Origin: Salinarimonas sp.
Lineage (GTDB): Bacteria; Pseudomonadota; Alphaproteobacteria; Rhizobiales; Beijerinckiaceae
Length of the DNA stretch: 64,000 bases
Direction of reading: 5' to 3'
Assembly (NCBI GenBank): GCA_020832565.1
Contig: JAFIEI010000009.1
Coordinates: 15,669-79,668, forward strand
Part shown: positions 1 through 8,509 of the stretch, piece by piece
Position numbering within the stretch: position 1 is the first letter of the stretch
How the letters are laid out: each line of letters opens with the position of its first letter
Notes under the pieces: generated by a model
What the model was told of the DNA's origin: nothing
The model's database searches: none
Seen by the model: only the letters and a program-made list of their open reading frames with translations
Program-made: the position numbers and the translations under genes

Positions 1-132
1 TCGATAGTAGGTCACTTCCGTCACGCCGATTGCGCGGACGGCATCGGCGACGGATTGCCCCTGCGAAACCTGGACGTCGACTTGGCGCAGCTTGGCGACG
101 ATCTCTTCGGGCTTGTGGCGTTTCTTCGGCAT
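1..132 (-). CDS. IS3-family transposase OrfA, N-terminal 44 codons (rest outside window)
   Basis: Translation MPKKRHKPEEIVAKLRQVDVQVSQGQSVADAVRAIGVTEVTYYR is the helix-turn-helix N-terminus typical of IS3/IS911 OrfA. A strong SD lies 5 nt upstream. Confidence 0.8.
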   Translation of the reverse strand, partial: MPKKRHKPEEIVAKLRQVDVQVSQGQSVADAVRAIGVTEVTYYR

Positions 133-180
133 TTGCTCCTCCTGATTTCCAAAAGACATACTTCAAGATGGACCAGTTCA
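1..180 (-). mobile_element. Terminal part of an IS3-family insertion sequence; the element continues beyond the window start
   Basis: The minus strand from nt 180 reads TGAACTGGTCCATCTTGAAGTATG..., a TG-initiated terminal repeat resembling IS911/IS3-group ends. An AGGAGGAG Shine-Dalgarno (SD) sequence and an ATG (132-130) follow, opening an OrfA-type frame. Confidence 0.75.
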
Positions 181-341
181 AAGGGCGCGGATCAGCCGGA
201 CGAATCGTCGAGAGCGGGCCCACGGATGCAATCATCGGCGACCCGCGCCAAGCTTATACCAAGGAACTGATCGCGGCGGTGCCGGGGAGGGTGGTTCAGC
301 GGGGCATCGAAGGAAACGCGTTGCGGCGCCTCGCCGTGTAG
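181..341 (+). pseudogene. C-terminal remnant of a dipeptide/oligopeptide ABC transporter ATP-binding protein, truncated by the IS
   Basis: The frame reads ...AGRIVESGPTDAIIGDPRQAYTKELIAAVPG..., the conserved C-terminal tail of Dpp/Opp D/F-type ATPases. No Walker A/B or signature motif lies upstream, because the IS end is at nt 180. Confidence 0.6.
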
Positions 342-445
342 CTTCGCGGACCGGATCGGCATGCGCACCGGGAACCTTTGGGCAGCGCATTCGATCGCGC
401 CGGCTGTCATACGACTGTAGCAAAGCTGAGATAGTTAGCCGGGAG

Positions 446-1561
446 ATGGTTCGAGAGCACAAGCGAGCAGAAACGATGGATGCACAATCCCCGAGCACGC
501 TGACAGCCACGCAGGAGCCGGCGCTCGAGGCGCGTGGCATCGGCAAATCGTTCGATTCCAGCCGGATTTTGAAAGGTATCGATCTGCGCATCGCCCCTGG
601 CGAAGTCGTTGCGCTGCTGGGGCCCTCCGGATGCGGCAAGACGACCCTCCTTCGCATCGCAGCCGGCTTGCTCGGGCCCTCCGAAGGGCAGATGCGCATT
701 GCCGGTCAACTCGTCGCCGACGGCACCCGCCATGCCCTGCCGCCGGAAGCGCGTGGCATCGGCATGGTGTTCCAGGATTACGCGCTGTGGCCGCATCTCG
801 ACACGCTCGCCAATGTCGCCTTTCCCCTGCGCATGCGCGGCATCGTCAAGGCCGAGCGCAACGAGCGGGCCCGCGAGGCGCTTGCGCGTGTCGGCCTCGG
901 AGCGATGGCCGATCGTTTCCCGGGAACGCTCTCGGGCGGGCAGCAGCAGCGCGTGGCGCTCGCGCGCGCCATCGTCGCCGAACCGCCGCTGGTGCTCTTC
1001 GACGAGCCTTTGTCCAACCTCGATCGCGAATTGCGTGAAAGTCTCGCCCTCGAAATGGGTGCGCTCCTGCGTGAGCTCAATCTCTCGGCGGTCTATGTCA
1101 CCCATGACCAGGCCGAAGCCTTTACCATCGCCGATCGCGTCGCGGTGATGCTCGGCGGCGAAATCGCCCAGATCGCGACCCCGGAGAGACTCTTTGCCGA
1201 TCCAGCCACGCCCGAGGTCGCGCAGTTTCTCAATATCGGGGCGCTGGTCGACGGCGAAGTCCGCGCCCGCGAGTTCCAGTGCAACAGGCGCACGGTCCGG
1301 GTCGCGGAGCTCGCTCAGGGTTGCGCCGACGGGCCGGCGCGGTTGCTGATCCCGCGCACCGCGATCGCCCGGGCCGAGGACGGGCCGCTGAAGGCGCGTG
1401 TGGCGCGCTGCCAGTTCCAGGGGGATCGCTACCTGCTCCACCTCGATTTCGGCGATGAGGGCCGCAGTCTCGTCTGCCCCTCCGACATCCCCGCCGCCCA
1501 GGGCGCCCAGATCAATCTCACCCTCAATGCCGAACGCCTGCGCCTGTTCGCGCACGCTTGA
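446..1561 (+). CDS. ABC transporter ATP-binding protein (PotA/FbpC-like importer ATPase with C-terminal TOBE-like extension)
   Basis: Walker A GPSGCGKTT, signature LSGGQQQRVALARA, Walker B LVLFDEP. Start uncertain; an alternative ATG is at 476. Confidence 0.9.
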   Translation: MVREHKRAETMDAQSPSTLTATQEPALEARGIGKSFDSSRILKGIDLRIAPGEVVALLGPSGCGKTTLLRIAAGLLGPSEGQMRIAGQLVADGTRHALPPEARGIGMVFQDYALWPHLDTLANVAFPLRMRGIVKAERNERAREALARVGLGAMADRFPGTLSGGQQQRVALARAIVAEPPLVLFDEPLSNLDRELRESLALEMGALLRELNLSAVYVTHDQAEAFTIADRVAVMLGGEIAQIATPERLFADPATPEVAQFLNIGALVDGEVRAREFQCNRRTVRVAELAQGCADGPARLLIPRTAIARAEDGPLKARVARCQFQGDRYLLHLDFGDEGRSLVCPSDIPAAQGAQINLTLNAERLRLFAHA

Positions 1562-1590
1562 AGCTCCAGCAGAAGAAAAGGAAACGCACG

Positions 1591-2553
1591 ATGATCCGCA
1601 CATTCATGCTCGCGGCCTCGATCAGCCTCGGGGCGAGCGTCGCCGCCCAAGCCGATACGCTGACATTCTACACTGCCGGTCCCGGCGGCCTCGCCGATGC
1701 GCTCTCGGAAGCCTTCACCGCCGAGACGGGTATCACCGTAAACGTCTTCCAGGCCACAACCGGCCAGGTCATGGCGCGGCTCGAGGCCGAGGAATCCAAC
1801 CCGCAGGCCGATGTCGTGGTCTCGGCAAGCTGGGGCTCGGCGCAGGACATGCACGAGCGTGGCCTGTTGATGGAATACGTCTCGCCGAATGCCGAGATGG
1901 CCCCCGAATTCCTTTCGCACAGCCATTACGTCGCGCAGGGCATCTCGGCCCTCGCCATTGCCTGGAATACCCAGAGCGATACGCCGCGTCCGAGCGAATG
2001 GGCCGACCTCACCGATGAGGCCTATCGTGATCTCGTGACCATGCCCGATCCCTCGCAATCCGGTTCCGCCTTCGATCTCGTGGCCGGTCTCGAAGCCTCG
2101 ATGGGCGAGGAAGCCTGGGATCTGCTTGCGGCGCTGGCCGATAACGACATGATCGTCCCCGGCCCCAATGCGGCCGCCCTCAATCCGGTCCTGCAGGGCG
2201 CCAAGGCCGTCGTCTTCGGTGCCGTCGACTACATCAGCTACGGCCGTGCCGCAGCCGGCGAGAGCATCGAAGTGATCGTGCCCGAAAGCGGCACCGTGAT
2301 CGCCCCGCGCCCGATCATGATCTTCGAATCGACGCAGAATCCGGATGCTGCGAAGGCTTTCGTCGATTTCGTGCTCTCCGATGCCGGTCAGGCGCTCGTC
2401 GCCGAGACCTTCCTGATGCCGGCGCGCACCGATATCGAGGGGCTGCGCCCGGGTATCAATGAACTGAACGTGATCGAGATCGACGAGGATGCCGTCGCAG
2501 CGCGTCGCGACGAGATCATCGCGCGCTTCAACGAAACCGTGATCGAGCGCTGA
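1591..2553 (+). CDS. Periplasmic substrate-binding protein (family-1 extracellular solute-binding protein; iron(III)/thiamine/2-aminoethylphosphonate-type)
   Basis: ATG at 1591 is preceded by AAGGAA. Signal peptide MIRTFMLAASISLGASVAAQA, then mature ADTLTFYTAGPGG... typical of FbpA/TbpA/PhnS-like binding proteins. Substrate not determinable from sequence. Confidence 0.85.
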   Translation: MIRTFMLAASISLGASVAAQADTLTFYTAGPGGLADALSEAFTAETGITVNVFQATTGQVMARLEAEESNPQADVVVSASWGSAQDMHERGLLMEYVSPNAEMAPEFLSHSHYVAQGISALAIAWNTQSDTPRPSEWADLTDEAYRDLVTMPDPSQSGSAFDLVAGLEASMGEEAWDLLAALADNDMIVPGPNAAALNPVLQGAKAVVFGAVDYISYGRAAAGESIEVIVPESGTVIAPRPIMIFESTQNPDAAKAFVDFVLSDAGQALVAETFLMPARTDIEGLRPGINELNVIEIDEDAVAARRDEIIARFNETVIER

Positions 2554-2628
2554 TCGTCATCGCCCACCTGACCCGGTCCCCGGCATGACCTGCCGGGGAC
2601 CTTTCTCCGTTGATGGCAGAGACAAGGC

Positions 2629-4302
2629 ATGCCGAAGACCGCGTCACTGGTGACGGCTGCAGCGGCGCTGGCGCTGATCGTGCTCGTCGGCCTGCCGGTG
2701 CTGTTCATTCTCCTGCAGGCGATCTTCCCCGAATTCGCGCGCGGCTCCTTTGCCGAGCCGTTCTCCAAGCTCGCCATCATTACCGAGAACGACCGGCTGC
2801 TGACCCAGGCGCGCAATACGCTCATGCTCGCCTTCGTGGTGATCATCGGCTGCCTGATCTTCGGCCTGCCCATCGGCATTATACGCGGCCTCTATGACGT
2901 GCCGGGCGCGCGGATCTGGGATGTCGTCTTCCTCGTGCCGTTCCTGATCCCGCCCTTCATCGCGGCAATCGCCTGGATGATGACGCTCCAGCCGCGCGGT
3001 TATCTGGAGCAACTGACCGGAATCGATCTCGGGCGATTCCTGTTCAGTTTCGTCGGCGTCGCCTTCGTGATGACGCTCAATCTCTTCCCGCTGGTTTATT
3101 TCGCGGTCTCACGCGCCTTCGAGGCCGTGGGCGGGCGCTTTGCCGCCGCTGCACGGGTCCACGGCGCCGGGCCGTGGCGCGCCTTCCTCATCATCACGCT
3201 GCCGTTGAGTATTCCCGCGATCGCGGCGAGCCTGCTCATCGTCTTCGCCATGTCGATCGAGGAATTCGGTACGCCGGCGGCGCTCGCAGCGCGCACGGGT
3301 TTCGAGGTTCTCGTCACGGGGATCTACACCCGGCTCTCCGACTGGCCGATAGACCTGTCGGGCGCAGCGCTCGGCTCGGTGATGCTGATGGCGCTCGTGC
3401 TCGCCGCCTTCATGCTGCAGAACTGGATCGCCACGCGCCGCTCCTATATCAGCCAGACCGGCAAGCCCGCCGAGATCGAGAAGGCGCAACTCGGTCCGTG
3501 GCGCTGGCCGGTCCTCGCCCTGTTCTGGCTCGTCGCCCTGATCGGCGTGGTGATCCCGCTCGCCGCAATCCTCGTGACCTCCCTGCTCGGCACAATTTCG
3601 GGCGGCCTTACCTTGGGCAATTTAGACCTGAGGCACTATGCGCCACTGTTTTCGCCGGGGTCGCGCGCCGCGCAGGCGCTCATGACGAGCGGCTGGCTCG
3701 CCCTGGCGACAGCTTTCGCGACTGCCATGATCGGCGGCATCGTTGCCTATATCGTGGTGCGCGGCACGGGGCGCGGGCGCGCGGTCATGGATGGTCTGTC
3801 GGTCCTGCCCAATGCGATCCCTGCGATCGTGCTCGCCGTCGGCGTGATCCTGGCCTGGAACAGCCCGTTCCTGCCGATCACGCTCTACGGCACGGCGGCG
3901 ATCCTGCTGGTGGCCTATATCGGCATCCTCTTGCCCTATCCGATCCGCTATGCAGTGGCGCGCCTGCGCCAGATCAGCGGCTCGCTCGACGATGCAGCGC
4001 GGGTCGCGGGCGCCAGCCAGGGCCGGGCCATGCAGCATGTCACCCTGCCGCTGATGGCGCCTTCGCTGATTGCTGCGATGATGCTGGTCTTTGCCATCGC
4101 CTCGCGCGAGCTCGTGGCTTCGATCATGCTCGCGCCGGCAGGCATGCGCACCGTGGGCACATTCGTCTTCGCCCAGTTCGAGCAGGGCTCGGTGCAGACC
4201 GGCATGGCGATGAGCGTCGTTGCGATCACGCTGACCTCCGGCATCCTGCTGGCGGTCAATCTCTGGCTGGCGCGCCGCGGCGGCAACGCCTTCACCGGCT
4301 GA
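2629..4302 (+). CDS. ABC transporter permease, fused two-domain type (FbpB/ThiP-like)
   Basis: 557 aa and highly hydrophobic, consistent with two tandem permease halves. Sits in an operon with the ATPase and binding protein. Confidence 0.9.
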   Translation: MPKTASLVTAAAALALIVLVGLPVLFILLQAIFPEFARGSFAEPFSKLAIITENDRLLTQARNTLMLAFVVIIGCLIFGLPIGIIRGLYDVPGARIWDVVFLVPFLIPPFIAAIAWMMTLQPRGYLEQLTGIDLGRFLFSFVGVAFVMTLNLFPLVYFAVSRAFEAVGGRFAAAARVHGAGPWRAFLIITLPLSIPAIAASLLIVFAMSIEEFGTPAALAARTGFEVLVTGIYTRLSDWPIDLSGAALGSVMLMALVLAAFMLQNWIATRRSYISQTGKPAEIEKAQLGPWRWPVLALFWLVALIGVVIPLAAILVTSLLGTISGGLTLGNLDLRHYAPLFSPGSRAAQALMTSGWLALATAFATAMIGGIVAYIVVRGTGRGRAVMDGLSVLPNAIPAIVLAVGVILAWNSPFLPITLYGTAAILLVAYIGILLPYPIRYAVARLRQISGSLDDAARVAGASQGRAMQHVTLPLMAPSLIAAMMLVFAIASRELVASIMLAPAGMRTVGTFVFAQFEQGSVQTGMAMSVVAITLTSGILLAVNLWLARRGGNAFTG

Positions 4303-4320
4303 CGGCGATCGCTATCACAT

Positions 4321-5136
4321 TCAGGGAGCGATGAGCCGGCTGCGGCCTGCCGCATCGAGCATACCCGTCATGGCCTCGACCGGCTGATCGGGCGCGAGGG
4401 CGAGGCTATGCGTGATGCTCTGGCGTTGGTCGATCAGGTGAATATGCATGGCCGGCGCCTCCGGCGTGTGCGCATGCGGTGCATCCGGCACGAGCCCCAG
4501 TGCCAGCGCATGGCCCAGTGGCGGGCCGATGCCGACCTGAACGCCGCCGATGAAGCCGGTAAGGGCACGATGCGTATGTCCCGCCACCAGCCGCACCCGC
4601 TCCGCATACGCCGCAAGGAGGCGCATCAGCGCATCAGCGCCGGGAAACGGTGCATCGTCATAGCGCGGCATCCCGGTCGTGAAGGGCGGGTGATGCATGC
4701 CGATCAGGGTGGGGCGATCGTCCTCGCGCAGCCGGTCTTCGAGCCAGGCGAGGCGCCCGGAATCGAGCATCGCACTGCCACCCGGGCCGTTGCTGTCGAG
4801 CCCGATCACCCGCCCGTCGGCGCAGGCATGCACGAAGCTGAGGTGCTCGGGGGCATAGGCTAAGTCATTCCCGAAGGCACGGCGAAATGCAGCCGGGTCA
4901 TCATGATTGCCCGGCACGGCGAGCAAAGGCACCGAGAGCGCCCGGAGCATAAGGCGGACCGGGGTGTAGTCGCGGGTGCTACGGTCGAGCAGATCGCCGG
5001 TAAAGAGAACGGCATCCGAGCGCGGACGCATGCGGTTGATCACGCTGACGGCCAATGAAAGTGCTGCACCTGCATCATGCCGGGGATAGCGGCCATCGGC
5101 GCGCAGATGCAGGTCACTCAATTGAACGATGATCAT
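4321..5136 (-). CDS. Metallophosphoesterase (CpdA-like phosphodiesterase)
   Basis: Calcineurin-fold motifs: QLSDLHL, GDLLDRS, GNHDD, GHTH. Confidence 0.85.
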   Translation of the reverse strand: MIIVQLSDLHLRADGRYPRHDAGAALSLAVSVINRMRPRSDAVLFTGDLLDRSTRDYTPVRLMLRALSVPLLAVPGNHDDPAAFRRAFGNDLAYAPEHLSFVHACADGRVIGLDSNGPGGSAMLDSGRLAWLEDRLREDDRPTLIGMHHPPFTTGMPRYDDAPFPGADALMRLLAAYAERVRLVAGHTHRALTGFIGGVQVGIGPPLGHALALGLVPDAPHAHTPEAPAMHIHLIDQRQSITHSLALAPDQPVEAMTGMLDAAGRSRLIAP

Positions 5137-5168
5137 GGACTGCTTCCGTCAAAACCAGATCACACCAC

Positions 5169-5198
5169 AACCCTTTACTGCGTAACCCTTTACTGCGT
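5169..5198. repeat. Perfect tandem duplication of a 15-mer (AACCCTTTACTGCGT x2)
   Basis: Read directly: 5169-5183 and 5184-5198 are identical. It lies 33 nt upstream of the phosphoesterase start codon (5136, minus strand). Confidence 0.9.
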
Positions 5199-5418
5199 GC
5201 CGGGTCCGGGGCACGCGAGCAGGGCGATGGATGGGTATCTTTCGGATATTTGTAGCGCGCGATTCCGCACGATGATACCGCCCGTACCCGCCCGGGAAGG
5301 AGAGAATGGCCCAAGGGGGCACGCAGTGCATGATTGCCAGCAGCGCCGTGGGCGCGTCGAGTTCGTCCGGGATGGCGCCATGTATCGCCGGAAAGCCGTC
5401 CCCGACGCGCATGGGGCG

Positions 5419-5562
5419 TTACTTCTGCGGTCGCTGGGCGCCCAGCCGGTTCGTGAGCATCGTATCGCCTTGCTGAAGGTATTTCGGGCCGGCCGATTTA
5501 TCCTTCTTGTCGGCTGCCGGTTTTCGAATTTCCTTGCTGCTGCGTTTCTGGCCCTTGGACAT
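5419..5562 (-). CDS. Small lysine/arginine-rich hypothetical protein (47 aa)
   Basis: ATG..TAA ORF below the track cutoff: MSKGQKRSSKEIRKPAADKKDKSAGPKYLQQGDTMLTNRLGAQRPQK. Composition resembles small basic stress-associated proteins common in Rhizobiales. No homology check was possible. Confidence 0.45.
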   Translation of the reverse strand: MSKGQKRSSKEIRKPAADKKDKSAGPKYLQQGDTMLTNRLGAQRPQK

Positions 5563-6095
5563 GATCATTCTCCGTCCTATGTGCGCCCTTGGCGCGGATA
5601 CTGCGCGATCGCGGTGGTGGAAGCTGCTGACGGGAGGCGGCGCCGGTGGCTTGCTGCCTTCCGTTTTGTCATGATCCTCGAAAACCGGGCCGCGCTGCGG
5701 TTTTGCTTCGCGTTGCGCCGATCAATCGGCGGTGCGGTCGCTGCTTGCATTGCCGGATTCCCGGATGCCGTGGTGTCCCATCTGCGAGAGCTCCGGGAGC
5801 TTCAAAAGTAGACTGTCGGATCAAAAAAATCCAGAGAATTAAATTTTGTGAAATAAATAGAAATGCTACAAAAAAGCCGTTATTATTTTCCGTAATCCCC
5901 CTTGGGATTCGATTTTATGCGAAATAGGGGAGGGTTCCGTAATTACAATTGTTATTTACGATTTGCGATAATTATTGCATAGAAGTGTTGTCGGTATTGA
6001 ATGCGTCGGTCCCTGATTATTTAACTCAAAAACCGCAAGGGCCGAAAATTCTTCCGTTCAAAGTGCCGATGATATCCTCCAAGGGGAAGTTCTTC

Positions 6096-6380
6096 ATGAA
6101 TATGTCAGGCGAAAGCCTCCTGATCATTCTGTTCGTCGGGCTGGTCGCCGGATGGCTTGCCGGCAAGGTCGTGCGCGGTACGGGGCTCGGCCTCCTCGGT
6201 AATATCGTCGTCGGTGTCCTCGGCGCCTTCATCGGCAGCTGGCTTCTGCCGCAGCTCGGGATCGTGCTCGGCGCGGGCATCGTCAATGCGATCATCAACG
6301 CCACAATCGGCGCGATCGTACTCCTCCTGATCATACGCCTGGTGCGCGGCGGCGGCGGCTGGACGAGGCGCTTGCGATGA
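6096..6380 (+). CDS. GlsB/YeaQ/YmgE family (transglycosylase-associated) small membrane stress protein
   Basis: MNMSGESLLIILFVGLVAGWLAGKVVRGTGLGLLGNIVVGVLGAFIGSWL... is the glycine-zipper pattern of this family. The ATG at 6096 is chosen over the upstream TTG in the track. Confidence 0.85.
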   Translation: MNMSGESLLIILFVGLVAGWLAGKVVRGTGLGLLGNIVVGVLGAFIGSWLLPQLGIVLGAGIVNAIINATIGAIVLLLIIRLVRGGGGWTRRLR

Positions 6381-6523
6381 ATCGCAGCAACATACTCTGG
6401 CTCGTCATCGGCATGCTGGCCGTCACCACGGTTCTGCTAGGCTACCAATTCTATCAGAGCCAGCAGCGACAGGGCGTCGAAATCAGTATCGGGGAGGGTG
6501 GCGTTTCGATCCAGGAGCGGTAG
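6377..6523 (+). CDS. Small single-pass membrane protein (48 aa), hypothetical
   Basis: Its ATG overlaps the upstream TGA (ATGA at 6377-6380). Translation MNRSNILWLVIGMLAVTTVLLGYQFYQSQQRQGVEISIGEGGVSIQER has one clear transmembrane (TM) segment. Confidence 0.45.
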   Translation: MNRSNILWLVIGMLAVTTVLLGYQFYQSQQRQGVEISIGEGGVSIQER

Positions 6524-6536
6524 AGTAAGCGGAGCG

Positions 6537-6643
6537 AGAGCATCATGCCGTCAGGTGGATACCGGATGACGGGCGCAATGATGCGCCGAAACGATGCTCT
6601 GGTGCCCTGATCCGACTCTGTCGGGTCGGATAGCGGTCCAAGG
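6537..6643 (+). repeat. Copy A of a ~107-bp structured dispersed intergenic repeat (REP/RIME/MITE-like)
   Basis: Aligns by eye with the reverse complement of 24804-24910. Shared blocks are AGAGCATCATGCCGTCAGGTG.ATACCGG.TGACGG.CGCAATGATGCGCCGAAAC and GATCCGACTCT.TCGGGTC.GAT. Contains two imperfect hairpins. Confidence 0.8.
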
Positions 6644-6951
6644 CGTGCAGGCTCCACCCCTGCATCGCCGGTGCGAGCCAGTTCGATGCGAATACAAGCA
6701 TTGAGAGATCACAGCGAAGCATATCTGGACCACGATCAACTATTCTTTGGAAAATTTCCCTTTATCTCGCGAGAATATAACGATTAATAGTTCCGCAACG
6801 TTCGGCAAGACGACTGCGTCGGATCAGCGTGGCGCAAACGCAATGCGGAAGATCGAACGGCGTGGCGCTGCTATGCATCGTTCATCGGATCGCCTGCATT
6901 CAGTGCGTGGCGCAGATCAGAACCGCATTTGCCAGACGAAGGGATGACGAG

Positions 6952-8502
6952 ATGAGCATCGAAGTCTCAACCGCCGAAACGACCACGCCCGCAATCCGTC
7001 TCCATGTAAACGACAACATCGTCATTGCCCGCAGGCCCCTGAAGGCCGGCGCGGAATTGGGCGACGAAGGCGTGACGGCGCTCGGCTTTGTCGGGTCGGG
7101 GCACAAGATCGCAACAAGGGCGATCGCGACCGGCGAGCCGGTGGTCAAGTACAACACCGTCATCGGCTTTGCATCGTGCGACATCGCTCCGGGCGATCCC
7201 GTCGGCAGGGACAATGTCGGCTTTCGCGACTTCGAGCGCGATTACGCGCATGCGCAGGGGTATATCCCCGTCGACCTCCTGCCCGAGGCGGAACGGGCCT
7301 CATTCATGGGGATCGTGCGCCCGGACGGGCGGGTCGGCACACGCAACTATATCGGCATCATCTCCACGGTGAATTGCTCGGCGACCGTGGTGCATGCCGT
7401 TGCCGACTGGTTCACGGAGGAACGGCTGGCGGAATACCCCAATATCGACGGCGTCGTCGCGCTCGCGCACGGGATCGGCTGCGGGATGGAGCTGACGGGC
7501 GAACCCATGGCGCTCCTGCGCCGGACTATGGCGGGCTTCATCCGCCACGCCAATATTGCGGCGGCGATCGTGATCGGGCTGGGCTGCGAGCGCAACCAGA
7601 TCGCGGGGCTGATGCAGGAACAGGGCCTCGAGGCGGGCCCCGATCTCCACACCTTCACGATGCAGGAGACCGGCGGCACCCGCAAATCGATCGAGGCCGG
7701 GATCGCTGCAGTCAAGGAAATGCTGCCGCAGGCCAATCGCGTGTCGCGCACGCAGGTAAGCGCAAGCCATCTCAGCGTCGGCCTCCAATGCGGCGGGTCC
7801 GACAGCTTTTCTTCGATCACGGCCAACCCGGCCCTTGGCGCCGCCGTCGACCTGCTGGCGCGCCACGGCGGCACGGGAATTCTCTCGGAGACGCCGGAGA
7901 TCTACGGCGTGGAGCATACACTGACACGCCGCGCGGCAAGCCGTGAGGTCGGCGAGAAGCTGATCGAGCGTATCCGCTGGTGGAAAGACGATTACAATGC
8001 AGGACGCGACACGCAGATCAACGGCGTCGTCAGCCCCGGGAACCAGATGGGCGGGTTGGTCAACATTTTCGAAAAGTCGCTGGGATCAGCCATGAAGGGC
8101 GGCACGGGGCCGCTGATGGCCGTCTACAAATATGCCGAGCAGGTGCGCGAAAGCGGGCTCGTCTTCATGGATACGCCCGGCTATGATCCCGTTTCCGTCA
8201 CCGGCCAGATTGCTGGCGGGGCGAACCTGATCGCGTTCACGACAGGGCGCGGCTCGATGTTCGGAGCAAGGCCCGTCCCGTCACTCAAGCTCGCCACCAA
8301 TACCGCCATGTATCGGCGCCTCGAGGAAGACATGGATATCAATTGCGGTGTCGTGATGGATGGTGAGAAATCCATCGAGGAGATGGGACGCGAGATATTC
8401 GCGCTCATGCTGGAAACCGCATCCGGCAAACAGACCAAGAGTGAAGTGCTGGGGGTGGGGCGCTACGAGTTCCTGCCCTGGCAGATCGGCGTGGTTGGCT
8501 GA
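6952..8502 (+). CDS. UxaA-family hydro-lyase (altronate/galactarate dehydratase family)
   Basis: N-terminal SAF-like segment (IRLHVNDNIVIARRPLKAGAEL), then a long UxaA/GarD-like body (GIISTVNCSATV..., GLQCGGSDSFS..., FTTGRGS). The ATG at 6952 is preferred over the upstream track start. Confidence 0.85.
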   Translation: MSIEVSTAETTTPAIRLHVNDNIVIARRPLKAGAELGDEGVTALGFVGSGHKIATRAIATGEPVVKYNTVIGFASCDIAPGDPVGRDNVGFRDFERDYAHAQGYIPVDLLPEAERASFMGIVRPDGRVGTRNYIGIISTVNCSATVVHAVADWFTEERLAEYPNIDGVVALAHGIGCGMELTGEPMALLRRTMAGFIRHANIAAAIVIGLGCERNQIAGLMQEQGLEAGPDLHTFTMQETGGTRKSIEAGIAAVKEMLPQANRVSRTQVSASHLSVGLQCGGSDSFSSITANPALGAAVDLLARHGGTGILSETPEIYGVEHTLTRRAASREVGEKLIERIRWWKDDYNAGRDTQINGVVSPGNQMGGLVNIFEKSLGSAMKGGTGPLMAVYKYAEQVRESGLVFMDTPGYDPVSVTGQIAGGANLIAFTTGRGSMFGARPVPSLKLATNTAMYRRLEEDMDINCGVVMDGEKSIEEMGREIFALMLETASGKQTKSEVLGVGRYEFLPWQIGVVG

Positions 8503-8509
8503 TCATCAT

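Noticed and set aside
407-1603. Long antisense or overlapping ORFs throughout the track (for example 407-1603 minus, 8405-10036 minus, 10581-12089 minus, 20689-21966 minus, 44407-45543 minus, 44556-46256 plus, 59085-60491 minus, 62922-63995 minus).
   Set aside because: They lie opposite or out of frame to genes with clear family motifs. Their Arg/Ala/Pro/Gly-rich, low-complexity compositions are typical of shadow ORFs in high-GC DNA, and they contain no recognisable motifs.
446-5136. A possible functional link between the FbpABC/PhnSTU-like ABC importer plus phosphodiesterase at the window start and the phosphonate island at 27.5-31.3 kb.
   Set aside because: The two loci are more than 22 kb apart with many unrelated genes between them. 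The binding protein's substrate (iron, thiamine or 2-AEP) cannot be told from sequence motifs alone, so the link is speculative.
5305-5480. A plus-strand ~58-codon ORF preceded by GGAAGGAGAG (MAQGGTQCMIASSAVGASSSSG...).
   Set aside because: The SD-to-ATG spacing is too short and the product is a Ser/Ala-rich low-complexity sequence. It also overlaps the more plausible minus-strand 47-aa basic ORF.
5880-6095. Search for an EcfG general-stress promoter (GGAAC-N16/17-CGTT) upstream of the GlsB-family gene.
   Set aside because: Only partial matches were found (GGTTCC in the wrong orientation; AAAAC-N17-CGTT). They are not good enough to call.
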